From Desulfovibrionaceae bacterium (GTDB lineage: Bacteria > Desulfobacterota > Desulfovibrionia > Desulfovibrionales > Desulfovibrionaceae): a DNA stretch of 64,000 nucleotides. Positions within the stretch are counted from its first letter, which is position 1. Each line of letters begins with the position of its first letter. Positions 1 to 8,637 of the stretch are shown here, piece by piece. Made by a program: the position numbers and the translations under genes. The notes under the pieces are model-generated. The model was given only the letters and a program-made list of their open reading frames with translations. It was not told where the DNA came from and searched no databases. Location: assembly GCA_050251715.1 (NCBI GenBank), contig JBFWMG010000005.1, positions 139,766 through 203,765 on the forward strand, given 5' to 3'.

Positions 1-54
1 CGCCATGCAAGAGCGGCTCCGCCGCCAACCCTTGACCTGACGGAAACTCCCGGT

Positions 55-867
55 ATGAACACGGACGTGATGGACAAAAAACCACCCTTAGCCGAGGCGC
101 CGCCAGCCGCGCCACACGCGGCCCGGCCCGCGCCGCCCGACGCACCGCCAGCCGCGCCCACCGCCGCGCGGACGGCGCGGGAAGCCCAGGGATCCGCCTG
201 GGCCGCCACGCTGCGCCATGCCGCGCCCATCGTGCTGGGCTACGTGCCCGTGGGCTTCGCCTATGGCGTGCTGGCGCAGAAGAACGGCCTGGGCGTGGCC
301 AACACCCTGCTCATGTCCCTGCTGGTCTACGCCGGGTCCGCGCAACTCATCGCCGTGGGCCTGTTCGGTGCGGGCGTGGGCGCGCTGTCCGTCATCGCCA
401 CCACCTTCGTGGTCAACATCCGCCACCTGCTCATGTCCGCCGCCCTGGCCCCGCACCTGCGCGGCTGGAGCCGCCCGCGCATGGCCCTGTTCGGCTACGA
501 GATCACGGACGAGACCTTTGCCGTGCACGCCACGCGCTTTGCCAGGGGCGACACCGCGCCGGGCGTCTCGCTCGGCATCAACGCCGTGTGCCACACGGCC
601 TGGGTGGCCAGCACGGCCCTGGGCATCGCCTTTGCAGGCCTTGTGGGCGACGTGCGGCCCATCGGCCTCGACTTCGCCCTGCCCGCCATGTTCATCGCCC
701 TGCTCGTGGCGCAGATGCGCCACGCGGCCCACGTCTTTGTGGCCCTGTTCGCGGGCGCGGCCTCCGTGGCCCTGTTCGTGGGCGGCGTCACCCAATGGAA
801 CGTCATCCTCGCCACCATGGCGGGCGCCACCCTTGGCACGGTGCTGGAACAATGGACCAAAAACTGA
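55..867 (+). CDS. azlC: AzlC family branched-chain amino acid transport protein
   Basis: 270-aa multi-TM ORF. The motif run PIVLGYVPVGFAYGVLA...LLVYAGSAQL is typical of AzlC. It is followed by an overlapping small AzlD-like gene. Confidence 0.85.
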   Translation: MNTDVMDKKPPLAEAPPAAPHAARPAPPDAPPAAPTAARTAREAQGSAWAATLRHAAPIVLGYVPVGFAYGVLAQKNGLGVANTLLMSLLVYAGSAQLIAVGLFGAGVGALSVIATTFVVNIRHLLMSAALAPHLRGWSRPRMALFGYEITDETFAVHATRFARGDTAPGVSLGINAVCHTAWVASTALGIAFAGLVGDVRPIGLDFALPAMFIALLVAQMRHAAHVFVALFAGAASVALFVGGVTQWNVILATMAGATLGTVLEQWTKN

Positions 868-1178
868 TCCTCCTGGCCATCGTGGGCATGGCCGCCGTAA
901 CCTACATCCCCCGCGTGACGCCCATCTGGGCGCTCGCCTCGCGCGCCCTGCCCGACCTGGCCGTCAAGTGGCTCGGCTACGTGCCCACGGCCGTGCTGGC
1001 CGCCCTGCTCGCGCCCTCGCTCCTGCTCGCCGACGGCGCGCTCGACCTCTCGGCGCGCAACGTCTTTTTGTGGGCCGCCGCCCCCACCCTGCTCGTGGCC
1101 TGGAAAACCCGCAGCTTCTTTGGCGCCGTGGCCGTGGGCATGGGCTGCGTGGCCGCCCTGCGCCTCTTTTTGGCCTGA
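852..1178 (+). CDS. azlD: AzlD family branched-chain amino acid transport protein
   Basis: In-frame ATG at 852 inside track ORF 588..1178. The 108-aa hydrophobic product starts MDQKLILLAIVGMAAVTYIPR. It overlaps the azlC 3' end by 16 nt, the classic azlCD pair. Confidence 0.8.
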   Translation: MDQKLILLAIVGMAAVTYIPRVTPIWALASRALPDLAVKWLGYVPTAVLAALLAPSLLLADGALDLSARNVFLWAAAPTLLVAWKTRSFFGAVAVGMGCVAALRLFLA

Positions 1179-1374
1179 TCCGCCCGCCGCCCGCCACGGC
1201 GCAGGCAGGGCGCCGCCCAGGGCAGACGCCTCCCCGCATCCGGCTCCCAAAAGGCTTGCCGATTGACAGATTCCGCAGGAAAAGGATAGCGTTCATACTG
1301 CCCTACCACCCAATCCGGCCCGCCGCGCCCAGCCAAGACCGCGCCTGACGGGGCCGCCACGCGGGAGCAGCCCC

Positions 1375-2754
1375 ATGACGTGGAACGTGACGTTGTATTA
1401 CGTCGCCCTGGTGCTCGGCGTCGTGCTCGCCCTGGTCACCGTCATCAAGATCATACGCACGCAATTCACGCCGTCCGCCAAAATCGCCTGGCTACTGCTC
1501 ATCATCCTGCTTCCCTTTGCGGGCGTGCCCCTCTACCTGATCTTCGGCGGCCGCAAGCTCCGCCGCAAGGCCCGCAGCAAGGCCGACATCCACCTCCTTG
1601 CCCTCGACGAGGTGCCGCCGCACCAGGCCGCCCCCCTCGACCACCTGCTGCGCTCCTTCGGCCTGCCGGGCGCCACCCCCGGCAACCGCATCACCCTGCA
1701 AACCACGGGCGGAGAACGGTACGAGGCGCTGGCCGCCATCATCCGCAACGCCCAGCACTCCCTGCACCTGTGCACCTTCAGCCTCGGATGGGGCGAGGTG
1801 GGCCGCTCCATCGTGGACATGCTGGCCGAGCGCGCCCGCGACGGCGTGCGCGTGCGCCTGCTGCTCGACGACGTAGGCTGCATGTACCTGCCCAAATTCA
1901 TCCTGCGCCCCCTGCTGCGCTCCGGCGGGTCCGTGGCCTGGTTCATGCCCGTGTTCAGCCCGGTGCGCGCCTTCAACCTCAACCTGCGCAACCACCGCAA
2001 GATCGTGGTGGCCGACGACCGCATCGCCATGTCCGGCGGCGCCAACCTGTCCAACAAATACATGGGGCCGCCGCCCTGGCGCGATCTCTGGCGCGACCTT
2101 TCCTTTACCGTGGAAGGCCCGGCCGTGCGCCAGTTCTCCGACATCTTCCGCTCGGACTGGGAATACGCCCACGGCGAAACCATCGACCCGCCCATCACCC
2201 CCCCGGATCAACCCGGCGCGGCCATCGCCCAGGTCGTGCCCTCCGGCCCCGACGTGCCCCGCGACATCTTCTACGACTGCCTGCTCTCCCTCATCTTCCA
2301 GGCCCAACACCGCCTCTGGCTCGTGACCCCCTACTTCATACCCGACTACGCCCTTGAACAAGCCCTGCGCCTCGCGGCCCGCAAGGGCGTGGACCTGCGC
2401 ATCATCCTGCCGCACCGCTCCGACCACCTGCTGGCCGATCTCGCCCGCGCCGAACATCTGCGCACCCTCCAGGAGGCCGGGGCGCGCATCTGCCTGTGCC
2501 CCGCCCCCATGCTCCACGCCAAAGCCCTGCTCGTGGACAACGGCCCCGTGCTCATCGGCTCGGCCAACCTCGATGTGCGCAGCCTGCTCTTCAACTACGA
2601 ATCCATCATGGTCGCCTACGACACCCAAACCACCACCCAAATCACCGACTGGATGCAAACCCTCATGGCCAACACCCGCACCGGTATCGCAAACCCCGGC
2701 CCGGTCCGCGCCTTCTGCGAAAGCCTGGCGGGCATCGCCGCGCCGCTGCTGTAG
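1375..2754 (+). CDS. cls: cardiolipin synthase (phospholipase D family)
   Basis: 459 aa with two N-terminal TM helices. It has two HKD motifs (HRKIVVADD...GGANLS and HAKALLVDN...GSANLD). Confidence 0.9.
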   Translation: MTWNVTLYYVALVLGVVLALVTVIKIIRTQFTPSAKIAWLLLIILLPFAGVPLYLIFGGRKLRRKARSKADIHLLALDEVPPHQAAPLDHLLRSFGLPGATPGNRITLQTTGGERYEALAAIIRNAQHSLHLCTFSLGWGEVGRSIVDMLAERARDGVRVRLLLDDVGCMYLPKFILRPLLRSGGSVAWFMPVFSPVRAFNLNLRNHRKIVVADDRIAMSGGANLSNKYMGPPPWRDLWRDLSFTVEGPAVRQFSDIFRSDWEYAHGETIDPPITPPDQPGAAIAQVVPSGPDVPRDIFYDCLLSLIFQAQHRLWLVTPYFIPDYALEQALRLAARKGVDLRIILPHRSDHLLADLARAEHLRTLQEAGARICLCPAPMLHAKALLVDNGPVLIGSANLDVRSLLFNYESIMVAYDTQTTTQITDWMQTLMANTRTGIANPGPVRAFCESLAGIAAPLL

Positions 2755-2957
2755 GCCGCCCACTGGCGATGCCGGGGCGTCGCCCCAGCCCCAAGCCCCC
2801 AGCCGTCGGCACCCGGGGCGCGGCATCCCTGCCCTCGATATCCGCACGGTGCGCGTTGCCCACCACAGCGTGGCGGCCCGCCCCCTCGGCAGGGGGCATA
2901 CGGCGCGGCGCGTTCCCCGTTCGCCGCAATTATTTTCCGTCAGCCCGCCGCTAGCGC

Positions 2958-2987
2958 TTGGCACTTTGGTTTATCAGGCATTATACT
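2958..2987 (+). promoter_or_regulatory. candidate sigma70-type promoter for the PLC-like gene, possibly giving a leaderless mRNA
   Basis: TTGGCA at 2958-2963, an 18-nt spacer, then TATACT at 2982-2987. The hexamer ends 7 nt before the ATG at 2995, and no Shine-Dalgarno sequence lies between them. Confidence 0.35.
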
Positions 2988-2994
2988 GTCTTCC

Positions 2995-3903
2995 ATGCGA
3001 ATCCATTCCCTTCTTGCGTTGTGTGCGGGATGCGCGGCCACGGTTGCGCTCGTGGTGGCGCTGCCGCCTGCGGACGCCTGGGCCTGGGGACCGGGGGTGC
3101 ATTTGGCCATGGGCTCGTATTTGTTGGACAATATATCCCTGCTGCCCGTGCAGGTGGCCACGGTGCTGGCGGCGCATGCGGAGCCCTTCTTGTACGGGGC
3201 GTTGTCCGCGGACATCTTCATCGGCAAAGGCTCGCGGTTCACGCTGGGGCACAGCCATTCGTGGGACACGGCGTTCGCGTTGTTGCACGCGGCGGAGGAG
3301 GAACGGCGGCGGGCATTCGCATTCGGCTATCTGGCGCATCTGGCGGCGGACGTGGTGGCGCACAATTACTATGTGCCCAATGTGTTGGCGGCGCACCCCA
3401 CGCGGGGCAAGTGGAGCCACGTGTACGTGGAGTCACGGGCGGACGCCAAGGTGGAATGGGACAGGGCGCTGGCGGCGCGGCTGTTCCGCAAGCGGTTGCG
3501 GCGGTCGGACCGGCAATTGCTGGCCGCCACGGGCAAACAGGTGTTGACGTATGTCATCAAGAAGGGGGTGTACGGCGGCAGCGTGCGGCTGGTGGGGCGG
3601 ACGGCATGGCGCAGGCTGGTGGCGTCGGCGGACGCCGTGCTGCCCATGGCGCGGGCGGACCGGTTTCTGGAATGGATGCTCGCCCTGGCCCTGGCGGTGG
3701 CGTTGGATTGCCTGAAGAATCCGGAGCGCTCGCGGGCGCGGCTGTTCGATCCCATCGGCAGCCGCAATCTGGCGTTGGTCAAGGGCATGGAAGGGCGCGT
3801 GCGGCGACGGGATCTGCTGGAGGCGCCGCCCTATGCGCCCGATCCGCGCTTGACGGCGTTGTTGGATGCGGCTGGTTTTTCGTGGTTGCCCGCGCAGGGA
3901 TGA
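2995..3903 (+). CDS. zinc-dependent phospholipase C family protein (secreted)
   Basis: 302 aa with a signal peptide (MRIHSLLALCAGCAATVALVVALPPADA). The mature N-terminus WGPGVHLAMG and a His-rich core match the Zn-dependent PLC / S1-P1 nuclease-like fold family. Confidence 0.7.
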   Translation: MRIHSLLALCAGCAATVALVVALPPADAWAWGPGVHLAMGSYLLDNISLLPVQVATVLAAHAEPFLYGALSADIFIGKGSRFTLGHSHSWDTAFALLHAAEEERRRAFAFGYLAHLAADVVAHNYYVPNVLAAHPTRGKWSHVYVESRADAKVEWDRALAARLFRKRLRRSDRQLLAATGKQVLTYVIKKGVYGGSVRLVGRTAWRRLVASADAVLPMARADRFLEWMLALALAVALDCLKNPERSRARLFDPIGSRNLALVKGMEGRVRRRDLLEAPPYAPDPRLTALLDAAGFSWLPAQG

Positions 3904-3926
3904 GCGGGAAGAGGCGCCGGGGCGTG

Positions 3927-4030
3927 AGCGCATTGTCACATTGAAACACTGCAATGATTTGAAATAATGAAGCATTATTGCAACACAATACATAAGAGCA
4001 TCGCATCTTTTTCAAAGGCAAGATGCCCTA
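3927..4030 (+). repeat. AT-rich ~103-bp MITE-like repeat, copy A (most diverged)
   Basis: Aligns over its full length with 27268-27370 and with the reverse complement of 30199-30301. It has the same internal hairpins (TTTGAAATAATG-aag-CATTATTGCAAC and AGAGCATC...GATGCCCT). The GC content is far below the flanking DNA. Confidence 0.8.
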
Positions 4031-4402
4031 GAAGTTGTAGCGATAGAAAAGGCCGTCGGAAAAATCCTGCAGGGTGACGAGATTGCGGCGCACCGTGCCG
4101 GTAAAGGTTGTGGCGGGCGCGCCGGGCGCGGTGGTCACGGAACCGTGGAAGGTTTCGGCGGCTATGGAAAGGGTGATGCGCAGGGTTGTTCCGGGCATGG
4201 AAAGGAGCATGCCGCCTGGCTGCGGCGCGCCCATGAGCCGTCTGCCGCCATGGGGGTCGAACAGGTCCGCGCCGTGGGGCGTGGCATGGCCAGCCAGCGG
4301 CACGGACACGGCGCTGTGGCAATCGAAGACGCAGGCCACGTTCTGGCCGGTGACGAGCCGCGCCGCCACGTTGGCCAGACATGCGCGAAGGTGGTCGTCC
4401 AT
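4028..4402 (-). CDS. hypothetical protein (124 aa)
   Basis: ATG at 4402 is preceded by GGAGAAAGGAATCCC (RBS). The product starts MDDHLRACLANVAARLV and ends FYRYNF. I recognise no family. The stop codon (CTA at 4028-4030) lies inside repeat copy A. Confidence 0.55.
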   Translation of the reverse strand: MDDHLRACLANVAARLVTGQNVACVFDCHSAVSVPLAGHATPHGADLFDPHGGRRLMGAPQPGGMLLSMPGTTLRITLSIAAETFHGSVTTAPGAPATTFTGTVRRNLVTLQDFSDGLFYRYNF

Positions 4403-4577
4403 GGGATTCCTTTCTCCATGACAAGGGGCCAAACGCCGCTCGCCCGGTTGGCTGGTGCGCCGAATTCCTTGCCAAAAAAAGGAAAACACCGCACTATCCA
4501 AATACCTTGCCCCGTTGAAGGCATGCCGCCACAACACAACCGCGTCGTCTCTGGACGCGCTGTTGACGGGAGACACC

Positions 4578-6356
4578 GTGCAGGATTTTCGTACAAGACT
4601 CAACCACTGGCGGTTCAGCAATTGGCCGCGCCACATCCGCTGGCTCGTACTCAGCATCCTTGTGGGCATAGTGGCAGGTTTTGGCGCGGTGTTTTTCGAC
4701 AAGCTGCTTGACCTGTCCCTGAAATACCTGCTGCACCTGCCGCTCAGCTTCTTCCACCCCGGCGTGGGCGACCCCATGAAGGCCGAGGCGCGGTTCGGCG
4801 CCCTCTATTCGGGGTGGATCGTGCCCATCGCCACGCTGGGCGGGCTGCTGTCCGGGCTGCTGGTCTTTCTGGTCGCGCCCGAGGCGGAGGGACACGGCAC
4901 GGACGCGATGATCGAGTCGTTCCACCTGCGCGGCGGGGCCATCCGCAAGCGCGCGCCGTTGGTCAAGATCATTGCCTCGGCCCTGACCATCGGCAGCGGC
5001 GGTTCGGCGGGCAAGGAGGGGCCCATCGCGCAGATCGGGTCCGGCTTCGGGTCCATTCTCGCCTCGGTGTTGCGGCTGAAGCCGCAGGAGCGGCGCATCC
5101 TGCTGCTGGCGGGCGCCGCCGGGGGCATCGGGGCCATTTTCCAGGCGCCGCTGGGCGCGGCGCTGTTCGTGCCCGGCGTGCTGTACCGCGACACGGAGTA
5201 TGAATTCGAGGCCATTCTGCCGTGCATCATCTCGGCCATTGTGGCGCACTCGATCTTTTCCCAGGTTTTTGGCCGCCACGCCCTGTTCCAGCCCGGCCCG
5301 CTTGATTTCGCCATGCCCGGCGAGCTGTTGCCGTACGCCATCTTCGGGGTGGTGTGCGCGGCGGTGGGTTATGCGTACATCAAGGTCTTTTACGGCATGC
5401 GCGACCATTTTTTCAAGCGCATCCCCGTTCCCCGCATTTTCAAGCCCGCCATAGGCGGGTTCCTGCTCGGCTGCGTGGCCATGTACTACCCCCAGGTCAT
5501 CGACGGCGGCTATGCCTGGATACAGGCGGCCATGGAAGGCAAGCTGGTGTGGAACGTCATGCTGGCGCTGGTGTTCGTCAAGATCCTCGCCACCTCCTTC
5601 ACGATCAGCTCCGGCGGCAGCGGCGGCGTGTTCGGTCCGTCGGTGTTCATAGGGGCCATGCTGGGCGGCGCGTTCGGGTTCATGGGGCACGAATTCTTTC
5701 CGCACTGGGTGCAAAACCCCTCGGCCTTCATCCTGGTGGGCATGGGCGGGTTCTTTTCCGGCGTGGCCAAGGTGCCCATTTCGTCCATCATCATGGCGTG
5801 CGAGATGAGTTCGAGCTACACGCTGCTCGTGCCGCTCATGGTGGTGTCCACGCTGTCGTTCCTGCTGCTGGGCAAGGTGAGCCTGTATGAAAAGCAATAC
5901 GCCACGCGCCTTGACTCGCCCGCGCACATCACGGAGTTCGCACGGGGGCTCTTGTCCAACATGTACGTGCGCGACGCGGTGACGCAGCAGTATGTGAGCG
6001 TGCTGGAGGAGAACATGCCGTTCCGGCTGCTGGTCAAGATCATGACCAGTTCCCCGGAATCCTATTTCCCCATTGTCAACGACCAGGGCAAGATGACGGG
6101 CATCATCTCCATCAACGACATCCGGGAGGTCATGTTCGACGACCATCTGGACGATCTGCTGGTGGCCAAGGACGTGGCCACATCCAAGGTGGTGCGCGTG
6201 CTGTGGAACGATTCGTTGCAGCAGGCGTTGGACAAGATGGTCAAGCTCAACGTCAACGAGCTGCCGGTGGTGCATGAAAACGACCCGGACCGCATCGTGT
6301 CGCTGATCACCAAGCAGGACATCATCACCTATTATTACGAAAAGGGCGGGCTGTAG
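4578..6356 (+). CDS. ClC-family voltage-gated chloride channel / H+-Cl- antiporter with C-terminal CBS pair
   Basis: Contains GSGGSAGKEGP and GGSGGVFGPS selectivity-filter-type motifs and many TM helices. The C-terminus has tandem CBS-like domains. The start is set at GTG 4578 (GGGAGA RBS upstream); the ORF is open from 4455, so the start is uncertain. Confidence 0.85.
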   Translation: MQDFRTRLNHWRFSNWPRHIRWLVLSILVGIVAGFGAVFFDKLLDLSLKYLLHLPLSFFHPGVGDPMKAEARFGALYSGWIVPIATLGGLLSGLLVFLVAPEAEGHGTDAMIESFHLRGGAIRKRAPLVKIIASALTIGSGGSAGKEGPIAQIGSGFGSILASVLRLKPQERRILLLAGAAGGIGAIFQAPLGAALFVPGVLYRDTEYEFEAILPCIISAIVAHSIFSQVFGRHALFQPGPLDFAMPGELLPYAIFGVVCAAVGYAYIKVFYGMRDHFFKRIPVPRIFKPAIGGFLLGCVAMYYPQVIDGGYAWIQAAMEGKLVWNVMLALVFVKILATSFTISSGGSGGVFGPSVFIGAMLGGAFGFMGHEFFPHWVQNPSAFILVGMGGFFSGVAKVPISSIIMACEMSSSYTLLVPLMVVSTLSFLLLGKVSLYEKQYATRLDSPAHITEFARGLLSNMYVRDAVTQQYVSVLEENMPFRLLVKIMTSSPESYFPIVNDQGKMTGIISINDIREVMFDDHLDDLLVAKDVATSKVVRVLWNDSLQQALDKMVKLNVNELPVVHENDPDRIVSLITKQDIITYYYEKGGL

Positions 6357-6380
6357 CCCGCGCGTCCGGCGACCGGTTCC

Positions 6381-7280
6381 ATGAGCGACACACCCTATCG
6401 CATCGGCATTGACCTGGGCGGCACCAAGATCGAGGCCGTGCTGCTGGGGCCGGACCTGGCCGAGGTACGGCGCGAGCGCACGCCGTCGCCCGCCGCCCTG
6501 GGGTACGAGGCCATGCGCGCGGCCTGCGCCGCCCAGGTGGCGGCCATGGCGGCGCACGTGCCCAAGGGCGCGGCCTGCACCGTGGGCGTGGGCATTCCCG
6601 GCTCCATCAACGCCCGCACCGGGCTGGTGCAGAACGCCAACTCCACCTGCCTCATCGGCCATGCCTTTCAGGCGGACCTGGAGGCGGACCTTGGCCGGGC
6701 GGTGGCCATGCGCAACGATGCGGACTGTTTTACCCTGGCGGAATGCCGGGCCGGGGCGGGCCAGGGGTACGGGCTGGTGTTCGGCGTCATCATGGGCACG
6801 GGCTGCGGCGGCGGCATCTGCGTGGACGGGGTGGTGCGCCAGGGGCCGCACGGCATTGCGGGCGAGTGGGGACACGTGAGCGTGGACCCGCTGGGACCGC
6901 CCTGCTACTGCGGCAAGCGGGGGTGTGTGGAAACGCTCATCAGCGGTTCGGGCGTGGAGCGCGCCTTTTACGGCGCCACCGGCAGACGGCTGGCCATGCG
7001 GGACATCGTGGCCGGAGCCGCAACGGGCGACGCGGCGTGCGCACGGGCCATGGACCGCTTTTTGGAGGATTTCGGCCGCTGCCTGGGCGGGCTCATTTCC
7101 GTGCTCGACCCGGACGCGGTGGTGCTGGGCGGCGGCCTGTCCAACATCGACGCCCTGTACGGCGCGGGCCTGGAGCGGGTACGGCGCTACGCCTTTCACG
7201 GCGACCTGCGCACGCCGGTGCTGCGGCATCGGCTGGGCGACGCGGCGGGCGTGCTGGGCGCGGCCTGGATAGGCATCTAG
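6381..7280 (+). CDS. ROK family sugar kinase (fructokinase/N-acetylglucosamine kinase-like)
   Basis: N-terminal IGIDLGGTKIE ATP-binding motif and the ROK zinc motif CYCGKRGCVETLISG. Confidence 0.85.
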   Translation: MSDTPYRIGIDLGGTKIEAVLLGPDLAEVRRERTPSPAALGYEAMRAACAAQVAAMAAHVPKGAACTVGVGIPGSINARTGLVQNANSTCLIGHAFQADLEADLGRAVAMRNDADCFTLAECRAGAGQGYGLVFGVIMGTGCGGGICVDGVVRQGPHGIAGEWGHVSVDPLGPPCYCGKRGCVETLISGSGVERAFYGATGRRLAMRDIVAGAATGDAACARAMDRFLEDFGRCLGGLISVLDPDAVVLGGGLSNIDALYGAGLERVRRYAFHGDLRTPVLRHRLGDAAGVLGAAWIGI

Positions 7281-7497
7281 ACCGCGCCACGGCAGGACGG
7301 CCCGCGCGCCGTCCGCAACCACGCGAGCCATGCTGCCCACGTGATTGTATTGACCGCCGCGCCTCGTGTGTGGGGGGGGAACGCCCGCCCCCGGCGCAAG
7401 AGAGCAAGGCAAGGCCTTGCCGCTGCATCAAAATAGGGTATCATGCCGCAAGGCCTTGCCCCGTTTTGGCACGGCTCCCGCGACAAGGAGAACAGAG

Positions 7498-8637
7498 ATG
7501 CGCATTGAGCAACGAGCGTGGACCAGGGAACAGGGATGGACGGAACCCGGAACGGATCCCCTCCTGTCCGCGCCCCAACTCGTCCTGGTCTTCGGTGCGG
7601 GCCAAGCCCTGGCCGACCCCGCGCTCCTGCGCGCTGTGGAGGCCATGTACCCCGGCGCGTTGCGCTTCGGCTGCTCCACTGCCGGAGAAGTCGACCGCGA
7701 CGTGGTGCGCGACGAATCCCTGGCGGTCACGGCGGTGCGTTTCGACCACACCACCATCGCCAGCGCGGCGTGCGACCTCGACGCGTGCGGCGACATGGCG
7801 GCCACGGGCAAGGCCATCGCCTCAAGGCTGCCAAGGGAAGGGCTCCGGCACGTTCTCCTCCTGTCCGACGGACTGCACGTCAACGGCACGGCCCTGGCCA
7901 ACAGCCTCATGAAGCACCTGCCGCCAGGCGTGACCGTGACCGGAGGGCTGGCGGCCGACGGGCCGCGTTTCCAGCAGACCCTTGTGCTGCTCGGCGACGA
8001 GGCCCGGCCGCGCATCGTGGCCGCCGTGGGCCTGTACTCCGATCGCCTGCGCCTGGGGTTCGGTTCGCGCGGCGGCTGGGATCCCTTTGGCCCCGAACGG
8101 ATCATCACCCGGTCGCGCGGCAACGTGCTGTACGAGATGGACGGCGGCTCCGCCCTCGCCCTTTACAAAAAATATCTGGGCAAGCATGCCGCGGGCCTGC
8201 CCGCCACAGGCCTGCTTTTTCCCCTGAGCCTCAAGGGTGACGACTCGGACGCGGATGGCATGGTGCGCACCCTGCTTGCCGTGAACGAAGAGGATCAATC
8301 CATGACCTTTGCGGGCGACATGCCCGAAGGGAGCCGCGCCCGGCTGATGAAGGCCAACCTTGACAGGCTGGTGGACGGGGCGCACCGTGCGGCTGTGGAA
8401 AGCCTGGACGGGCTTGACGGCATGACGCCCGCGTTTGCCCTCTGCATCAGCTGCGTCGGCAGAAAGCTCATCATGAAGCAGCGCGTGGAAGAGGAGGTGG
8501 AAGCCGTGCGCGGCGTGTACGGCCCGGATGCCGCCATTGCGGGCTTCTATTCCTATGGCGAGATATCCCCCACCCCCACCGGAACCTGTGGGCTGCACAA
8601 TCAAACCATGACCATCACCACGTTTGCCGAAATATGA
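7498..8637 (+). CDS. FIST domain sensor protein
   Basis: ATG at 7498 follows an AAGGAGA RBS. The 379-aa product shows FIST_N/FIST_C-like features (LVLVFGAG..., FGCSTAGEV, FYSYGEI). Its stop overlaps the start of the downstream kinase (ATGA at 8634-8637). Confidence 0.8.
   Translation: MRIEQRAWTREQGWTEPGTDPLLSAPQLVLVFGAGQALADPALLRAVEAMYPGALRFGCSTAGEVDRDVVRDESLAVTAVRFDHTTIASAACDLDACGDMAATGKAIASRLPREGLRHVLLLSDGLHVNGTALANSLMKHLPPGVTVTGGLAADGPRFQQTLVLLGDEARPRIVAAVGLYSDRLRLGFGSRGGWDPFGPERIITRSRGNVLYEMDGGSALALYKKYLGKHAAGLPATGLLFPLSLKGDDSDADGMVRTLLAVNEEDQSMTFAGDMPEGSRARLMKANLDRLVDGAHRAAVESLDGLDGMTPAFALCISCVGRKLIMKQRVEEEVEAVRGVYGPDAAIAGFYSYGEISPTPTGTCGLHNQTMTITTFAEI

Noticed and set aside
4494-7412. 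972-aa ORF on the minus strand spanning the ClC channel and ROK kinase loci
   Set aside because: It is a shadow ORF antisense to two well-supported + strand genes. The product is Arg/Gly/Ala/His-rich low-complexity with no motifs, which is typical of high-GC genomes.
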